Part shown: positions 18,315 through 27,788 of the stretch, one piece after another
Layout: each line of letters begins with the position of its first letter
How positions within the stretch are numbered: the stretch's first letter is position 1
Notes under the pieces: generated by a model
Databases searched by the model: none
What the model was told of the DNA's origin: nothing
What the model saw: only the letters and a program-made list of their open reading frames with translations
Origin: Acidimicrobiales bacterium
GTDB lineage: Bacteria > Actinomycetota > Acidimicrobiia > Acidimicrobiales > Aldehydirespiratoraceae
DNA: 64,000 bases
Assembly: GCA_965214945.1 (NCBI GenBank)
Contig: OZ244029.1
Location: 125,256 to 189,255 of the forward strand
Direction of reading: 5' to 3'
Program-made: the position numbers and the translations under genes

Positions 18315-18977
18315 ATGGGCTTGCGAATAAATGACATCGCTCCGGACTTCACTGCTGACACCACCGATGGGACGATCAGCTTCCATGACTGGGTCGGTGA
18401 CGGCTGGGCGCTGCTGTTCTCTCACCCCAAGGACTTCACGCCGGTGTGCACCACCGAGCTGGGTGCCGTGGCCGGGCTGAAGCCCGAATTCGCGGCCCGC
18501 AACTGCAAGATCATCGGCATCAGCGTTGATGGCGTGAGCGACCATGTCGGCTGGTCTGCCGATATTGCCGCGGCCACCGGCAATGCGGTCAACTATCCGC
18601 TGATCGGCGATCCCGAGCTGAAGATCGTCAAGCTTTACGACATGCTTCCTGCCGACGCCGGCGACACGTCGCAGGGTCGCACCGCTATGGACAACGCTAC
18701 TGCCCGCTCGGTATTCATCATCGGCCCCGACAAGCGCATCAAGGCCACGCTTACCTATCCGATGACTACGGGACGTAACTTTGCGGAAATTCTGCGTCTG
18801 CTCGACTCTTGCCAGCTCACCGCTGCGGAGCAGGTGGCGACTCCGGCCAACTGGCAGAATGGCGAGGACGTGATCATCGTCCCGGCCGTGTCGAATGAGG
18901 CCGCCGTCGAGAAGTATCCCGACGGCTGGGAGTCGCCGCTGCCGTACCTGCGGGTGGTCAAGCAGCCCGGCGCCTGA
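18315..18977 (+). CDS. 1-Cys peroxiredoxin (Prx6-like, AhpC/TSA family)
   Basis: WALLFSHPKDFTPVCTTE, 220 aa, with no resolving Cys context. Confidence 0.85.
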   Translation: MGLRINDIAPDFTADTTDGTISFHDWVGDGWALLFSHPKDFTPVCTTELGAVAGLKPEFAARNCKIIGISVDGVSDHVGWSADIAAATGNAVNYPLIGDPELKIVKLYDMLPADAGDTSQGRTAMDNATARSVFIIGPDKRIKATLTYPMTTGRNFAEILRLLDSCQLTAAEQVATPANWQNGEDVIIVPAVSNEAAVEKYPDGWESPLPYLRVVKQPGA

Positions 18978-19060
18978 GCCGCCGGGTGGGCCGCCCGCCA
19001 CGCCTGCGGACAGCTCCTTTACCACACGGCTTCACGCTTACTCGCCATACACGGCAGAGC

Positions 19061-19103
19061 GTCAGCCGGTGAACATCGTCAGCCGGTGAACATCGTCAAC
19101 ATC
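19061..19103. repeat. 17-nt tandem duplication gtcagccggtgaacatc x2 (plus a partial third) covering the GTG start of the next gene
   Basis: Copies are at 19061-19077 and 19078-19094, followed by gtcaacatc. The GTG start is at 19086. Confidence 0.9.
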
Positions 19104-20252
19104 CGGGCTGCCGCGGTGCGGGATCCGGGAGTGCTCGGAGGCGACAAGTCGCTGCTGGAGTCGGTGCCGTCGGGCCCGACGATGCACGCGCTGGGGTTCG
19201 ACCGCGCCTTCGACGGCCAGTCGGCGCGCTTCAATCCGCCGTGGGGCGCGGCGATCTGCGTCGCGGTCGCCGACGACGGGACGTTCGGAGTGGGGATGAC
19301 ATGCCACGCCGGGCCGGTGGTCTTCGTCGTGAACGACTTTTTTGCACCGATGCTTGTCGGCGAGCCCGTGTTCGCCACCGAGCGCCTGTGGAACATGATG
19401 ACCCGCGCCTCCAACAGCGCCTTTGGATCGGCGGGCCTGGCCGCGTTCGCGGTGAGCGCCGTTGATCTGGCGCTTTGGGATCTCAAGGGCAAGGTGTTGG
19501 GCCGCCCGGTCTACGAGTTGATCGGCGGCCCCGCGCGAGAGCGCATCCGCTGCTACGCGACCGGCAGCGACTTCGAGGACATGAGCCGCCGAGGGTTCGA
19601 CGCAGTGAAACTGCCGTGCCTGGTGGGCTCGGGCGCGGCCACTGCCGGCATCGGAGAGACGGAACGCCTCGTCTGTGCCGCTCGCTCGGCTCTGGGGCCC
19701 GACACCGATGTGATGCTGGACTGCTGGGGAGTGTTCGATACGGCCTATGCGGTGCGGCTCGGCGAGGCGCTGGCACCTTACGGCCTCACGTGGATCGAGG
19801 ATTACGCCCAGCCCGACGACTGGCCGGGCTACGCCGACGTGCGCAGGCGCCTGGTCGGCCAGACGCTCGCGGCGGGCGAGCGCTGGTACACCGACCGCCC
19901 GTTCGCGTACGCGGCGCAGCACCGTCTGGTGGACGTGCTGCAGCCCGACGTTCAGTGGGTGGGCGGCGCCACCGCCGTGCTGCGCATCGCCGCGGTCGCC
20001 GCCGCTGCCGGGCTTGAGATGGCGCTGCACTGCGGCGCGAACGACAGCTACGGCCAGCACCTCTGCCACGGCTTGCCTGGCAACCGCTGGGCCGAGATGT
20101 ACGTGGGGGACGTGCCGCGCAGCGCGCCGACGAACGCCTACCGGCCCACCCCGGGCATGGCCGCGCCAAACGGTGGATGGCTCGTCCCGAGCGATGCCCC
20201 CGGGTTCGGCATCGAGCTGACGCTCGATCAGATCGAGGCCGCCATCGGCTGA
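19086..20252 (+). CDS. enolase-superfamily enzyme (mandelate racemase/muconate lactonizing family, acid-sugar dehydratase-like)
   Basis: Contains DLALWDLKGKVLGRPVYELIGG, MLDCWG, LTWIEDY, LAAGERW and VLQPDVQWVGG. Confidence 0.75.
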   Translation: MNIVNIRAAAVRDPGVLGGDKSLLESVPSGPTMHALGFDRAFDGQSARFNPPWGAAICVAVADDGTFGVGMTCHAGPVVFVVNDFFAPMLVGEPVFATERLWNMMTRASNSAFGSAGLAAFAVSAVDLALWDLKGKVLGRPVYELIGGPARERIRCYATGSDFEDMSRRGFDAVKLPCLVGSGAATAGIGETERLVCAARSALGPDTDVMLDCWGVFDTAYAVRLGEALAPYGLTWIEDYAQPDDWPGYADVRRRLVGQTLAAGERWYTDRPFAYAAQHRLVDVLQPDVQWVGGATAVLRIAAVAAAAGLEMALHCGANDSYGQHLCHGLPGNRWAEMYVGDVPRSAPTNAYRPTPGMAAPNGGWLVPSDAPGFGIELTLDQIEAAIG

Positions 20253-20389
20253 GACGGCGCGGGTGCCGCTTACGCCGCTTGACCGCTAGCTAGGGGTGGC
20301 TGAACGGACCAGATGCTGGGAAGCAGATGCTGGGCTGAGCCTGAACCGCTCTGCCAGCACCGCTCTGGGGGAGCTGGACTGGGTCGGTG

Positions 20390-20992
20390 TCAGCCGGTGA
20401 GTCTCACTCCGGCAGCGGCCATCTGCTGCAGAGCCACCTCCGAACTCTGCGCGGCCACTCCGGCGCAGTGGTCGGTAAGCACGGTCGTGTTGAAGCCGGC
20501 GGCCGCGGCGTCCAGCGCCGTGGCCTTGACGCAGTAGTCGGTGGCGATGCCGGCGATATCGACGTGGGTGACGCCTCGCTCGTTGAGCCAGTCCTCAAGC
20601 GAGGCGCCCTCGTCGGAGGCGTCGGCCTCACCGCCGCTTACACCGGCCCGCCCGTCGAAGCTCGTGTAGCTCGGCGTGTAGCGGCCCTTGAGGAACACTT
20701 CGTCCACCGCAACGTCCAAGTCGGAAGCAAAAGCGGCACCGTGCGTACCGGCCACGCAGTGCACCGGCCACGTGTCAACGAAGTCCGGCTCAGTGCCGGG
20801 AGCGGCGAAGTGGCCCTCCGGATCGATGTGCCAGTCCTTGCTGGCGATCACGAAGTCGTAAGCCCCGCCCGCGCGGTTGAGACCTGCAAACTCGGTGATC
20901 GAGCGAGCCACGGCCCGCCCGCCCGTCACGGCGAGCGCCCCACCTTCGCAGAAATCGTTTTGAATGTCGACGATCAACAGCGCGCGGCCCAT
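20390..20992 (-). CDS. pncA: nicotinamidase/pyrazinamidase (isochorismatase family)
   Basis: Start at MGRALLIVDIQNDFCEGG. Contains WPVHCV and the catalytic Cys context IAGIATDYCV. Confidence 0.85.
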   Translation of the reverse strand: MGRALLIVDIQNDFCEGGALAVTGGRAVARSITEFAGLNRAGGAYDFVIASKDWHIDPEGHFAAPGTEPDFVDTWPVHCVAGTHGAAFASDLDVAVDEVFLKGRYTPSYTSFDGRAGVSGGEADASDEGASLEDWLNERGVTHVDIAGIATDYCVKATALDAAAAGFNTTVLTDHCAGVAAQSSEVALQQMAAAGVRLTG

Positions 20993-21220
20993 GCCAACGC
21001 CTCCTCGATTCGAACAAACCGTTAATAGTTTGCCCGCACTCTGCCGAATTCCGGCACCTCTGACCACCTCAAGGACCTGTCACACACAACGGCCCCGTCA
21101 TTTGTCGGGCCGGCGCCTCGACTTGCTGAACTCCTCGATCTGTCATGGCCTTGTCACACACAAGCGGCCCCGTCACAACACATCAGGGCAGACCCCGACC
21201 CCAAGCGGCTCTTCGGCGTG

Positions 21221-22615
21221 TCACATGACGTGGCCGATGCCACACGTGTCGGCCGCAGCGAGGGAGATCTCAAGGCCAGCCCACTCCGTCGGCACAGCGG
21301 GAGCGCTGCGCGGGTTCGGCTTTCGGTCTTCGGGCCGCAACCTCGTCCGGCTGTCGGCGCAACGCTCCCGCGCCGCAGCCGTGTTGTCGGTGAAGACCGG
21401 CTTGCCGCCGACCATCAGCGCTCTGTGCGGAATGTGCTCTAGGGCTTCAGGCGCCGGCGCGGCGGCAGGCGAGTGCCACGATTCAGCGGCAGGCGACAGC
21501 ACTTCAGCCCCCCAGAAGCCGTCGGCGCCGACGGTGCGGCGCACCTGCTTGCGGCCACCGATTGTTGCTTTGCCGGCAGAGAGCTTACCTACCGCGCGCA
21601 GCGGCCCTTCAGCCTGTTCGTCTTCGGCGATCGCTACCAGCTTGTAGACCAGCGACGCGGTGGGATGTCCCGATCCGGTCACCATGCGGGTCCCCACCAG
21701 GTAGGCGTCGATCGGCGCTTCCGCGGCCTCCAGCTCGGCGATCCGGAACTCGTCAAGGTCGCCGGAAGCAACAATCCGACAGTCCGCGGCCCCCAGCTCG
21801 TCCAGCAGCGTCCGAGCCAAAATGCTGTTCGCTAGCAGATCGCCGCTGTCCACGCGGACTGCGCCGATACGCGGCCCTGCGGCCTCCACCGCCCTGCGGA
21901 TGCCGTCCGACAGGTTGAACGTGTCCACTAGGTACGTGGAATCCGCGCCCAGGGCGTCGCATTGAGCGGAGAAGGCAGCGCTCTCGTCGTTGTGGGCCAG
22001 CATGAACGCGTGGGAGGTCGTGCCTCCGGTCGGGACGCCCCAGCGCCGGCCTGCCTCCAGGTTGGATGTGGCGTCGAAGCCGCCGATGTACGCGGCGCGG
22101 GCTGCGGCGACCGCTGCCTCGGGGTCGGTGCGCCGGGCGCCGCCTTCCAGCAGCAGGCGATCCGGGGCCGCGTCGCGCACCCGCGCCGCGGCTGCGGCCA
22201 CCGCGCAGTCGTAGTTGAGGATCGACAGCAGCAGCGTCTCGAGCACTATGCACTCCGCGAAGCCGCCCTCCACGGTGAGCACCGGCGAGTAGGCGAAGAA
22301 CAGCTCGCCGTCGGGGTAACCGGTGATGTCACCGCTGAAGCGATAGCGCATCAGCCAGTCGGCTGCGGCCTCGTCTGTCACCACGCCCGAAGCCACCAGG
22401 TGATCGACCGTGTCCGCGCTGAAGCGGAAGCGCTCGACCGCGTCGGCGATCCGGCCGGTGCCGGCCATCACGCCGTAGGCCCGGCCTTCGGGAAGCTGCC
22501 GGGCGAACACTTCAAACACGGCGCGCCGCCGTGCGACCCCCGACCTGAGCGAGGCGGCCACCATCGTCAGCTCGTAGTGGTCGGTGTGCAAGGCGAGCGA
22601 GTTGCCGCTGTCCAC
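21221..22615 (-). CDS. pncB: nicotinate phosphoribosyltransferase
   Basis: LHTDHYELTM at the N-terminus, GGTTSHAF, and 464 aa. It is adjacent to pncA, forming a salvage pair. Confidence 0.85.
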   Translation of the reverse strand: MDSGNSLALHTDHYELTMVAASLRSGVARRRAVFEVFARQLPEGRAYGVMAGTGRIADAVERFRFSADTVDHLVASGVVTDEAAADWLMRYRFSGDITGYPDGELFFAYSPVLTVEGGFAECIVLETLLLSILNYDCAVAAAAARVRDAAPDRLLLEGGARRTDPEAAVAAARAAYIGGFDATSNLEAGRRWGVPTGGTTSHAFMLAHNDESAAFSAQCDALGADSTYLVDTFNLSDGIRRAVEAAGPRIGAVRVDSGDLLANSILARTLLDELGAADCRIVASGDLDEFRIAELEAAEAPIDAYLVGTRMVTGSGHPTASLVYKLVAIAEDEQAEGPLRAVGKLSAGKATIGGRKQVRRTVGADGFWGAEVLSPAAESWHSPAAAPAPEALEHIPHRALMVGGKPVFTDNTAAARERCADSRTRLRPEDRKPNPRSAPAVPTEWAGLEISLAAADTCGIGHVM

Positions 22616-22742
22616 AGGATCACGCTACTTGCGCCGCGCGCCGCGCCAATCCGCTCTGCCCGCATCCTTCACAAGTGCCGTCAACCACAGGTGCCGTCAA
22701 TGTCGGCCGCTCCGCCGGTTGGACGGTCCGTAGGCTGCGCAC

Positions 22743-24683
22743 ATGACCAGCCCGATGCATCTGCTCCACTCGTTGGGCGCCGGGCGTAGACATATCGACG
22801 GTAAGACGCTCGCCGCCGGCACGAGCCGCCGGGTGTGGGGCTGCGCCCGCGGATATCGAAACGTGCTAGCGGCTTTCGTCGTGACTGTGGCCGGAGGCAC
22901 GTTCCTCGGACTGCTTCCGCCTTTGGCGATCCGCCAGATCTTCGACGTTGCCATCGCCGATGGCAACGAGGGCTACCTGAATGCGCTGTTCGCAGCGTTA
23001 GTCGCCGCCGCCGCGGGCGAGGCATTGCTGTCACTGCTGGGACGCAGACTAAGCGCAGGCATCGGCGAAGGGCTCATCTTCGACCTGCGCTGCCAGCTCT
23101 TCGACCACGTTCAGCACATGCCGGTGGCGTTCTTCACGAACACTCAGACAGGCACGCTCGTGAGCCGGCTCAACAACGACGTGATCGGCGCGCAGCGGGC
23201 GTTCACAGGCACTCTCGGCACAGTCGTCGGCAATGTGATCACCCTCATCGGCACGCTGATCGCGATGATCCTGCTTGAATGGAGGCTCACGCTGCTGGCC
23301 GTGGCCATCCTGCCGGTGTTCGTGCTGCCGGCGCGCCGGGTGGGCCGGCGCCTTCAGGCGATCACCCGCGAGGGGATGAACCTGAACGCCTCAATGAACA
23401 ACACCATGACTGAGCGGTTCAACGTCGCCGGGGCGCTGTTGGTGAAGCTGTTCGGGCGCCACGGCGACGAGGTGGCCACGTTCTCGAAGCGGGCAGGGCG
23501 GGTGCGCGACATCGGCGTGCGCAGCGCCATGTACTCGCAGGTCTTCCTCACCGCGCTCACTCTGGTCGGCGCAGTCGGCACCGCCATCGTCTACTGGCTC
23601 GGCGGCCATCTGGCCATCGACGGCGCGCTCAGCGTGGGCACACTCGTGGCGCTTGGCCTGTACACGGTGCGCATCTATCTGCCGTTGGCGAGCCTGTCGA
23701 ACGCACGGGTGGACGTGATGACCGCGTTCGTGAGCTTTGAGCGAGTCTTCGAAGTGCTCGACACGCCTAACCCGATCACAGACGCGCCCGACGCTCGGCA
23801 GCTTGCGTCACCGCGGGGGCGGGTGGAGTTCAAATCCGCGGGGTTCCGTTATCCGCCGGCGCCCCGCGGCGACCCCGAATCGCTCGGTGCTGTGAGCGTC
23901 GGCGCTGCGGTGCCCGGTGCTGAGGCGGTCACCAGGTCGGGACCCCTACCTGAAGTTCTCTCCGACATCAATCTCGTCGTGGAGCCGGGGCAGATGACCG
24001 CTGTCGTGGGGCCGTCGGGCTCGGGCAAGACGACGTTGGTGTCGCTAGTACCGAGGCTCTACGACGTGAGCAGGGGCTCGGTCACGGTGGACGGCGCCGA
24101 CGTGCGCTTTCTCACTCAGGATTCGTTGCGGGCCGCGATAGGCGTGGTCACCCAGGATCCGCATCTCTTCCACGACACGGTCGACGCCAATCTGCGCTAC
24201 GCCCGTCCCGCGGCTGACAACGCTGAGATCGAGGCCGCATGCCGGGTGGCTCGCATTCACGACGTGATCGCGGCGCTGCCCGAGGGCTACCAAACGGTTG
24301 TCGGGGAGCGAGGCTACCGGCTCTCGGGAGGTGAGAAGCAGCGTCTGGCTATCGCGCGGATGCTTCTGAAAGACCCGGTGATCGTGATCCTCGACGAAGC
24401 GACGTCGCATCTCGACACCGAGAACGAGGCGCAGGTTCAGGAGGCGCTCGCCGAAGCGCTCAGGGGGCGCACCTCGCTGGTGATAGCGCACAGGCTGTCG
24501 ACGATTACCGACGCCGATCTGATAGTCGTGCTGGACGGGGGCCGGATCGTCGAGCGCGGCGTCCACAGCGAGTTGCGTCACGCCGGTGGCCTCTACGAAG
24601 AGCTGTATGAGGGCCTGGTGCGCGCTGAGGCCGCCAACGCTGAAGCCACCGACTGTGAGCCCGCGCAGGCGGTCTTGGCGTGA
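22743..24683 (+). CDS. ABC exporter, fused permease/ATPase (type I, MsbA/MDR-like)
   Basis: Six-TM N-terminal half, Walker A GPSGSGKTT, signature LSGGEKQR and Walker B IVILDEATS. The start is uncertain. Confidence 0.85.
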   Translation: MTSPMHLLHSLGAGRRHIDGKTLAAGTSRRVWGCARGYRNVLAAFVVTVAGGTFLGLLPPLAIRQIFDVAIADGNEGYLNALFAALVAAAAGEALLSLLGRRLSAGIGEGLIFDLRCQLFDHVQHMPVAFFTNTQTGTLVSRLNNDVIGAQRAFTGTLGTVVGNVITLIGTLIAMILLEWRLTLLAVAILPVFVLPARRVGRRLQAITREGMNLNASMNNTMTERFNVAGALLVKLFGRHGDEVATFSKRAGRVRDIGVRSAMYSQVFLTALTLVGAVGTAIVYWLGGHLAIDGALSVGTLVALGLYTVRIYLPLASLSNARVDVMTAFVSFERVFEVLDTPNPITDAPDARQLASPRGRVEFKSAGFRYPPAPRGDPESLGAVSVGAAVPGAEAVTRSGPLPEVLSDINLVVEPGQMTAVVGPSGSGKTTLVSLVPRLYDVSRGSVTVDGADVRFLTQDSLRAAIGVVTQDPHLFHDTVDANLRYARPAADNAEIEAACRVARIHDVIAALPEGYQTVVGERGYRLSGGEKQRLAIARMLLKDPVIVILDEATSHLDTENEAQVQEALAEALRGRTSLVIAHRLSTITDADLIVVLDGGRIVERGVHSELRHAGGLYEELYEGLVRAEAANAEATDCEPAQAVLA

Positions 24684-24803
24684 TCCTGGCGTGGAGTCCG
24701 ACGCCCCCGACGCCCCGACGTGGACGTCTGGCAGCCCAAGTCGAGCACGCCGCTTTTCTGATCGGCGTGTGCCGCCAGCGGATCACCGACGCCAGGAAGC
24801 AAC

Positions 24804-25847
24804 ATGACTGAGCCTCCTGCGGCTCTTACCTCCGTGGCGGCGCGTGTGGACAAGCGGCTCGCTGGGGTGCTCGATGCCGAGCGACGCCATTGGGCCGAGC
24901 TGGATCCCGCCTTGGACGAGCCGCTGGGCGATCTGGCCGAGTTGGTGCTCGGCGGCGGCAAGCGCGTCCGGCCCGCCTACTGCCATTGGGGTTGGGTGCT
25001 CGGCGGCGGCGAACCGCCCGGCGACGCGGACGACGCCGGGTGTGCACTGGAGTTGCTGCACGCTTTCGCGCTGATCCACGACGACGTGATGGACGCTTCG
25101 CCCACCCGCCGCAACGCGCCGTCGGTGTGGCGGCGCTTCGTTGGCCGCCACCGGCAGCGACACTGGCAAGGCGAGGATCGCCGATTCGGGGAGGCCGCGG
25201 CCGTGCTTGTAGGCGACATGGCCATGGTTCTCGCCGACCGCAGCCTCGGGGCGGTGCCGGTTGCTGCCCGCAGGGTGTGGGACACGCTGCGCACCGAGCT
25301 GAACATGGGCCAGTACCTGGATGTGGCCGGAACAGCCCGCGGCAACGTCACCGCAGCCCAGGCCCGTACCATCATCGAGCACAAGACCGCCGGGTACACC
25401 GTGGTACGGCCACTGCAGCTCGGCTCGGCACTAGCCGGGCGAGACGGCCTCGCCGATGACCTCGAGTGCCACGGCAGGCCCATCGGCATCGCCTTTCAGC
25501 TCCGCGATGACCTGCTCGGGGCTTTCGGCGATCCGGCGTCCACCGGGAAGCCGGTCGGCGACGACCTGCGCGAGAACAAACCCACCGTGCTGATGGCCCT
25601 GGCCCGAGAGCGGGCCACAGCCGCTCAGCGCGCGGCGCTAGACGCGTCTGGTCCACACATGGACGACACGGCCCTCGCCGGGGTGCAGCAAGCGCTGATA
25701 GACACCGGCGCCCGGGCCGCCGTGGAACGCGAGATCGCTGAGCTGCTCGACGTCTCGCTTCAGGCGCTCGCGGCGTTGCCGGCTGTGCCCGCCGCTCAGG
25801 AAGCGCTCGCGGCGCTAGCCCGTTTCGTGGCGCTGCGCGAGTCCTGA
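24804..25847 (+). CDS. polyprenyl diphosphate synthase (GGPP/long-chain type)
   Basis: First DDxxD motif in LIHDDVMD and the second in FQLRDDLLG, followed by GKPVGDDLRENK. Confidence 0.85.
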   Translation: MTEPPAALTSVAARVDKRLAGVLDAERRHWAELDPALDEPLGDLAELVLGGGKRVRPAYCHWGWVLGGGEPPGDADDAGCALELLHAFALIHDDVMDASPTRRNAPSVWRRFVGRHRQRHWQGEDRRFGEAAAVLVGDMAMVLADRSLGAVPVAARRVWDTLRTELNMGQYLDVAGTARGNVTAAQARTIIEHKTAGYTVVRPLQLGSALAGRDGLADDLECHGRPIGIAFQLRDDLLGAFGDPASTGKPVGDDLRENKPTVLMALARERATAAQRAALDASGPHMDDTALAGVQQALIDTGARAAVEREIAELLDVSLQALAALPAVPAAQEALAALARFVALRES

Positions 25848-25953
25848 AACCCCCTGACGCTCCGCGGCGCACAGTCCAGTGAACGCCTGTCTACTGAGGG
25901 GGACCGCCCGTCTGCTGAAGGGACAACGCGCGGCCGGCTAGCGCCGCCTGGGG

Positions 25954-26052
25954 CTCTGCGCTCGAGCAAACAGAGCGCAGAGCACGGTGACGCCAAGAAT
26001 GTTCGCAGAGCAGGCGTGAACTTGAAAGCTCGCGCTCGAGTAAACAGAGCGC
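25954..26052 (+). promoter_or_regulatory. two copies of a ~35-nt element, each forming a GC-rich hairpin with loop gag(c/t)aaaca, upstream of prfC
   Basis: Hairpin 1 pairs ctctgcgctc (25954-25963) with gagcgcagag (25973-25982). Hairpin 2 pairs gcgctc (26032-26037) with gagcgc (26047-26052). The flanks gcgctcgag(c/t)aaacagagcgcag...cggtgac repeat 73-75 nt apart. The function is unknown. Confidence 0.4.
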
Positions 26053-26097
26053 AGCGCGCGGTGACTGGCGGGGCGGACTTCCGGGCAGACTGATGAC

Positions 26098-27708
26098 ATG
26101 ACCGGGGCCGAAGCCGATTCGCCGCACCTTGAGGCCGCCCGCAGGCGCACCTTTGCGATTATCTCTCATCCCGACGCGGGCAAGACCACGCTCACGGAGA
26201 AGTTCCTGCTCTACAGCGGAGTGCTCACCGCCGGTGCGGGCGCCGTGAAAGCCAAGGCCCTGCGGCGCAGAGTGGTATCGGATTGGATGGAGATGGAGCG
26301 AAGCCGCGGCATCTCGGTGACATCCACCGCTGTGCAGTTTCGATACCGCGGCCGGGTACTTAACCTGCTCGACACACCGGGCCACGGGGACTTCTCCGAA
26401 GACACCTACCGGGTGCTGTCCGCGGCCGACGCCGCGGTGATGGTGCTCGACGGAGCGAAGGGCATCGAGGCCCAAACCCGCAAGCTGTTCGAGGTGTGCC
26501 GCGAACGCGAGATCCCGATCGTAACGTTCATCAACAAATGGGACCGCCCGGGGCGCGACCCGCTGGAGCTTCTCGACGAGATCGAAGACCAGCTCGTGCT
26601 CGACCCGGCGCCGGTGACCTGGCCCGTGGGCGACGGCGCTGACTTTGCTGGCGTGATCGACAGGCGCACGCACACGTTTGTGCGCTACACCCGCACCGCC
26701 CGTGGCTCGACGATCGCCCCCGAGCAGGTGATCGCAGCGGAGGCTGCACATGCCGCTGAGGCCGCCGGCGGGCGTGCCTCCTCCGTGTGGCATGAGGCCC
26801 TCGAAGCGGTCGAGCTGCTCGACGCGGTGGGAGCGGAATTCGACGCCAAGCGGTTCGAGGCAGGCGAGCTGTCGCCTGTGTTCTTCGGCTCGGCTCTCAC
26901 CAACTTCGGCGTGCGGCTGCTGCTCGACGCCGTGACCGATCTTGTGCCGCCGCCGGCGCCGCGCGGCGACATCAACGGCAACCCTCGCCGGCTCGAAGCG
27001 CCGTTCAGCGCGATGGTCTTCAAGGTTCAGGCCAATATGAACCCTGCGCACCGCGACCGTGTGGCCTTCCTGCGAGTGTGCTCAGGCCGCTTTGAGCGGG
27101 GCATGGCAGTCACCAACGGGCGCACGGGCCGGGTGTTCGGCACGAAGTACGCCCATTGGATGCTGGGCCGGGATCGCAACACCGCCGAGGAGGCCTGGCC
27201 GGGTGACGTGATCGGCTTGGTCAACGCCGGCGACCTGCGCCCTGGTGATGCCGTGTACACGACCGAGCCGGTATTCTGGCCCGAAATGCCGTCGTTCGCC
27301 CCCAGCTGTTTCCGCACAGCATACTGCGCCGACACGTCCAAGGCCAAGCAGTTCCGCTCGGGCGTGCGCCAGCTCGACGCTGAGGGCGTGGTGCAGGTGC
27401 TGCGCCGGCCTGGCAGCGGCGAGAGCAGGCCGATGCTGGCAGCCGTGGGGCCGTTGCAGTTCGACGTGGCGCTGCATCGCCTGCGCAAAGAGTTCGGCGC
27501 GCCCGCTGAGCTCAGCACCACCCCGTGGACCGTGGCCCGTCGCACCGACGTCGCCTCTGCGGCCGCGCTGGAGCGGCTCTCTGGCACAACAGTGGTGGAA
27601 CGGGCGGATGGCACTCTGCTGGCCTTGTTCGAGAGCCCGTACTGGCTGGCCCGACTCGAGGCTGACCATCCTGAGCTTGTGCTGAAACGGCTGATCGGCG
27701 AAGGCTGA
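26098..27708 (+). CDS. prfC: peptide chain release factor 3
   Basis: RRTFAIISHPDAGKTTLTEK, DTPGHGDF and NKWDR. 536 aa. Confidence 0.9.
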   Translation: MTGAEADSPHLEAARRRTFAIISHPDAGKTTLTEKFLLYSGVLTAGAGAVKAKALRRRVVSDWMEMERSRGISVTSTAVQFRYRGRVLNLLDTPGHGDFSEDTYRVLSAADAAVMVLDGAKGIEAQTRKLFEVCREREIPIVTFINKWDRPGRDPLELLDEIEDQLVLDPAPVTWPVGDGADFAGVIDRRTHTFVRYTRTARGSTIAPEQVIAAEAAHAAEAAGGRASSVWHEALEAVELLDAVGAEFDAKRFEAGELSPVFFGSALTNFGVRLLLDAVTDLVPPPAPRGDINGNPRRLEAPFSAMVFKVQANMNPAHRDRVAFLRVCSGRFERGMAVTNGRTGRVFGTKYAHWMLGRDRNTAEEAWPGDVIGLVNAGDLRPGDAVYTTEPVFWPEMPSFAPSCFRTAYCADTSKAKQFRSGVRQLDAEGVVQVLRRPGSGESRPMLAAVGPLQFDVALHRLRKEFGAPAELSTTPWTVARRTDVASAAALERLSGTTVVERADGTLLALFESPYWLARLEADHPELVLKRLIGEG

Positions 27709-27788
27709 GCACCGCCCGAGCCCGTCGGGGCAGGCGCGGCCCGTTCCGGTGTGACGCAACGGCCAGCGGAGATGGCAAGCTGTCTGGA

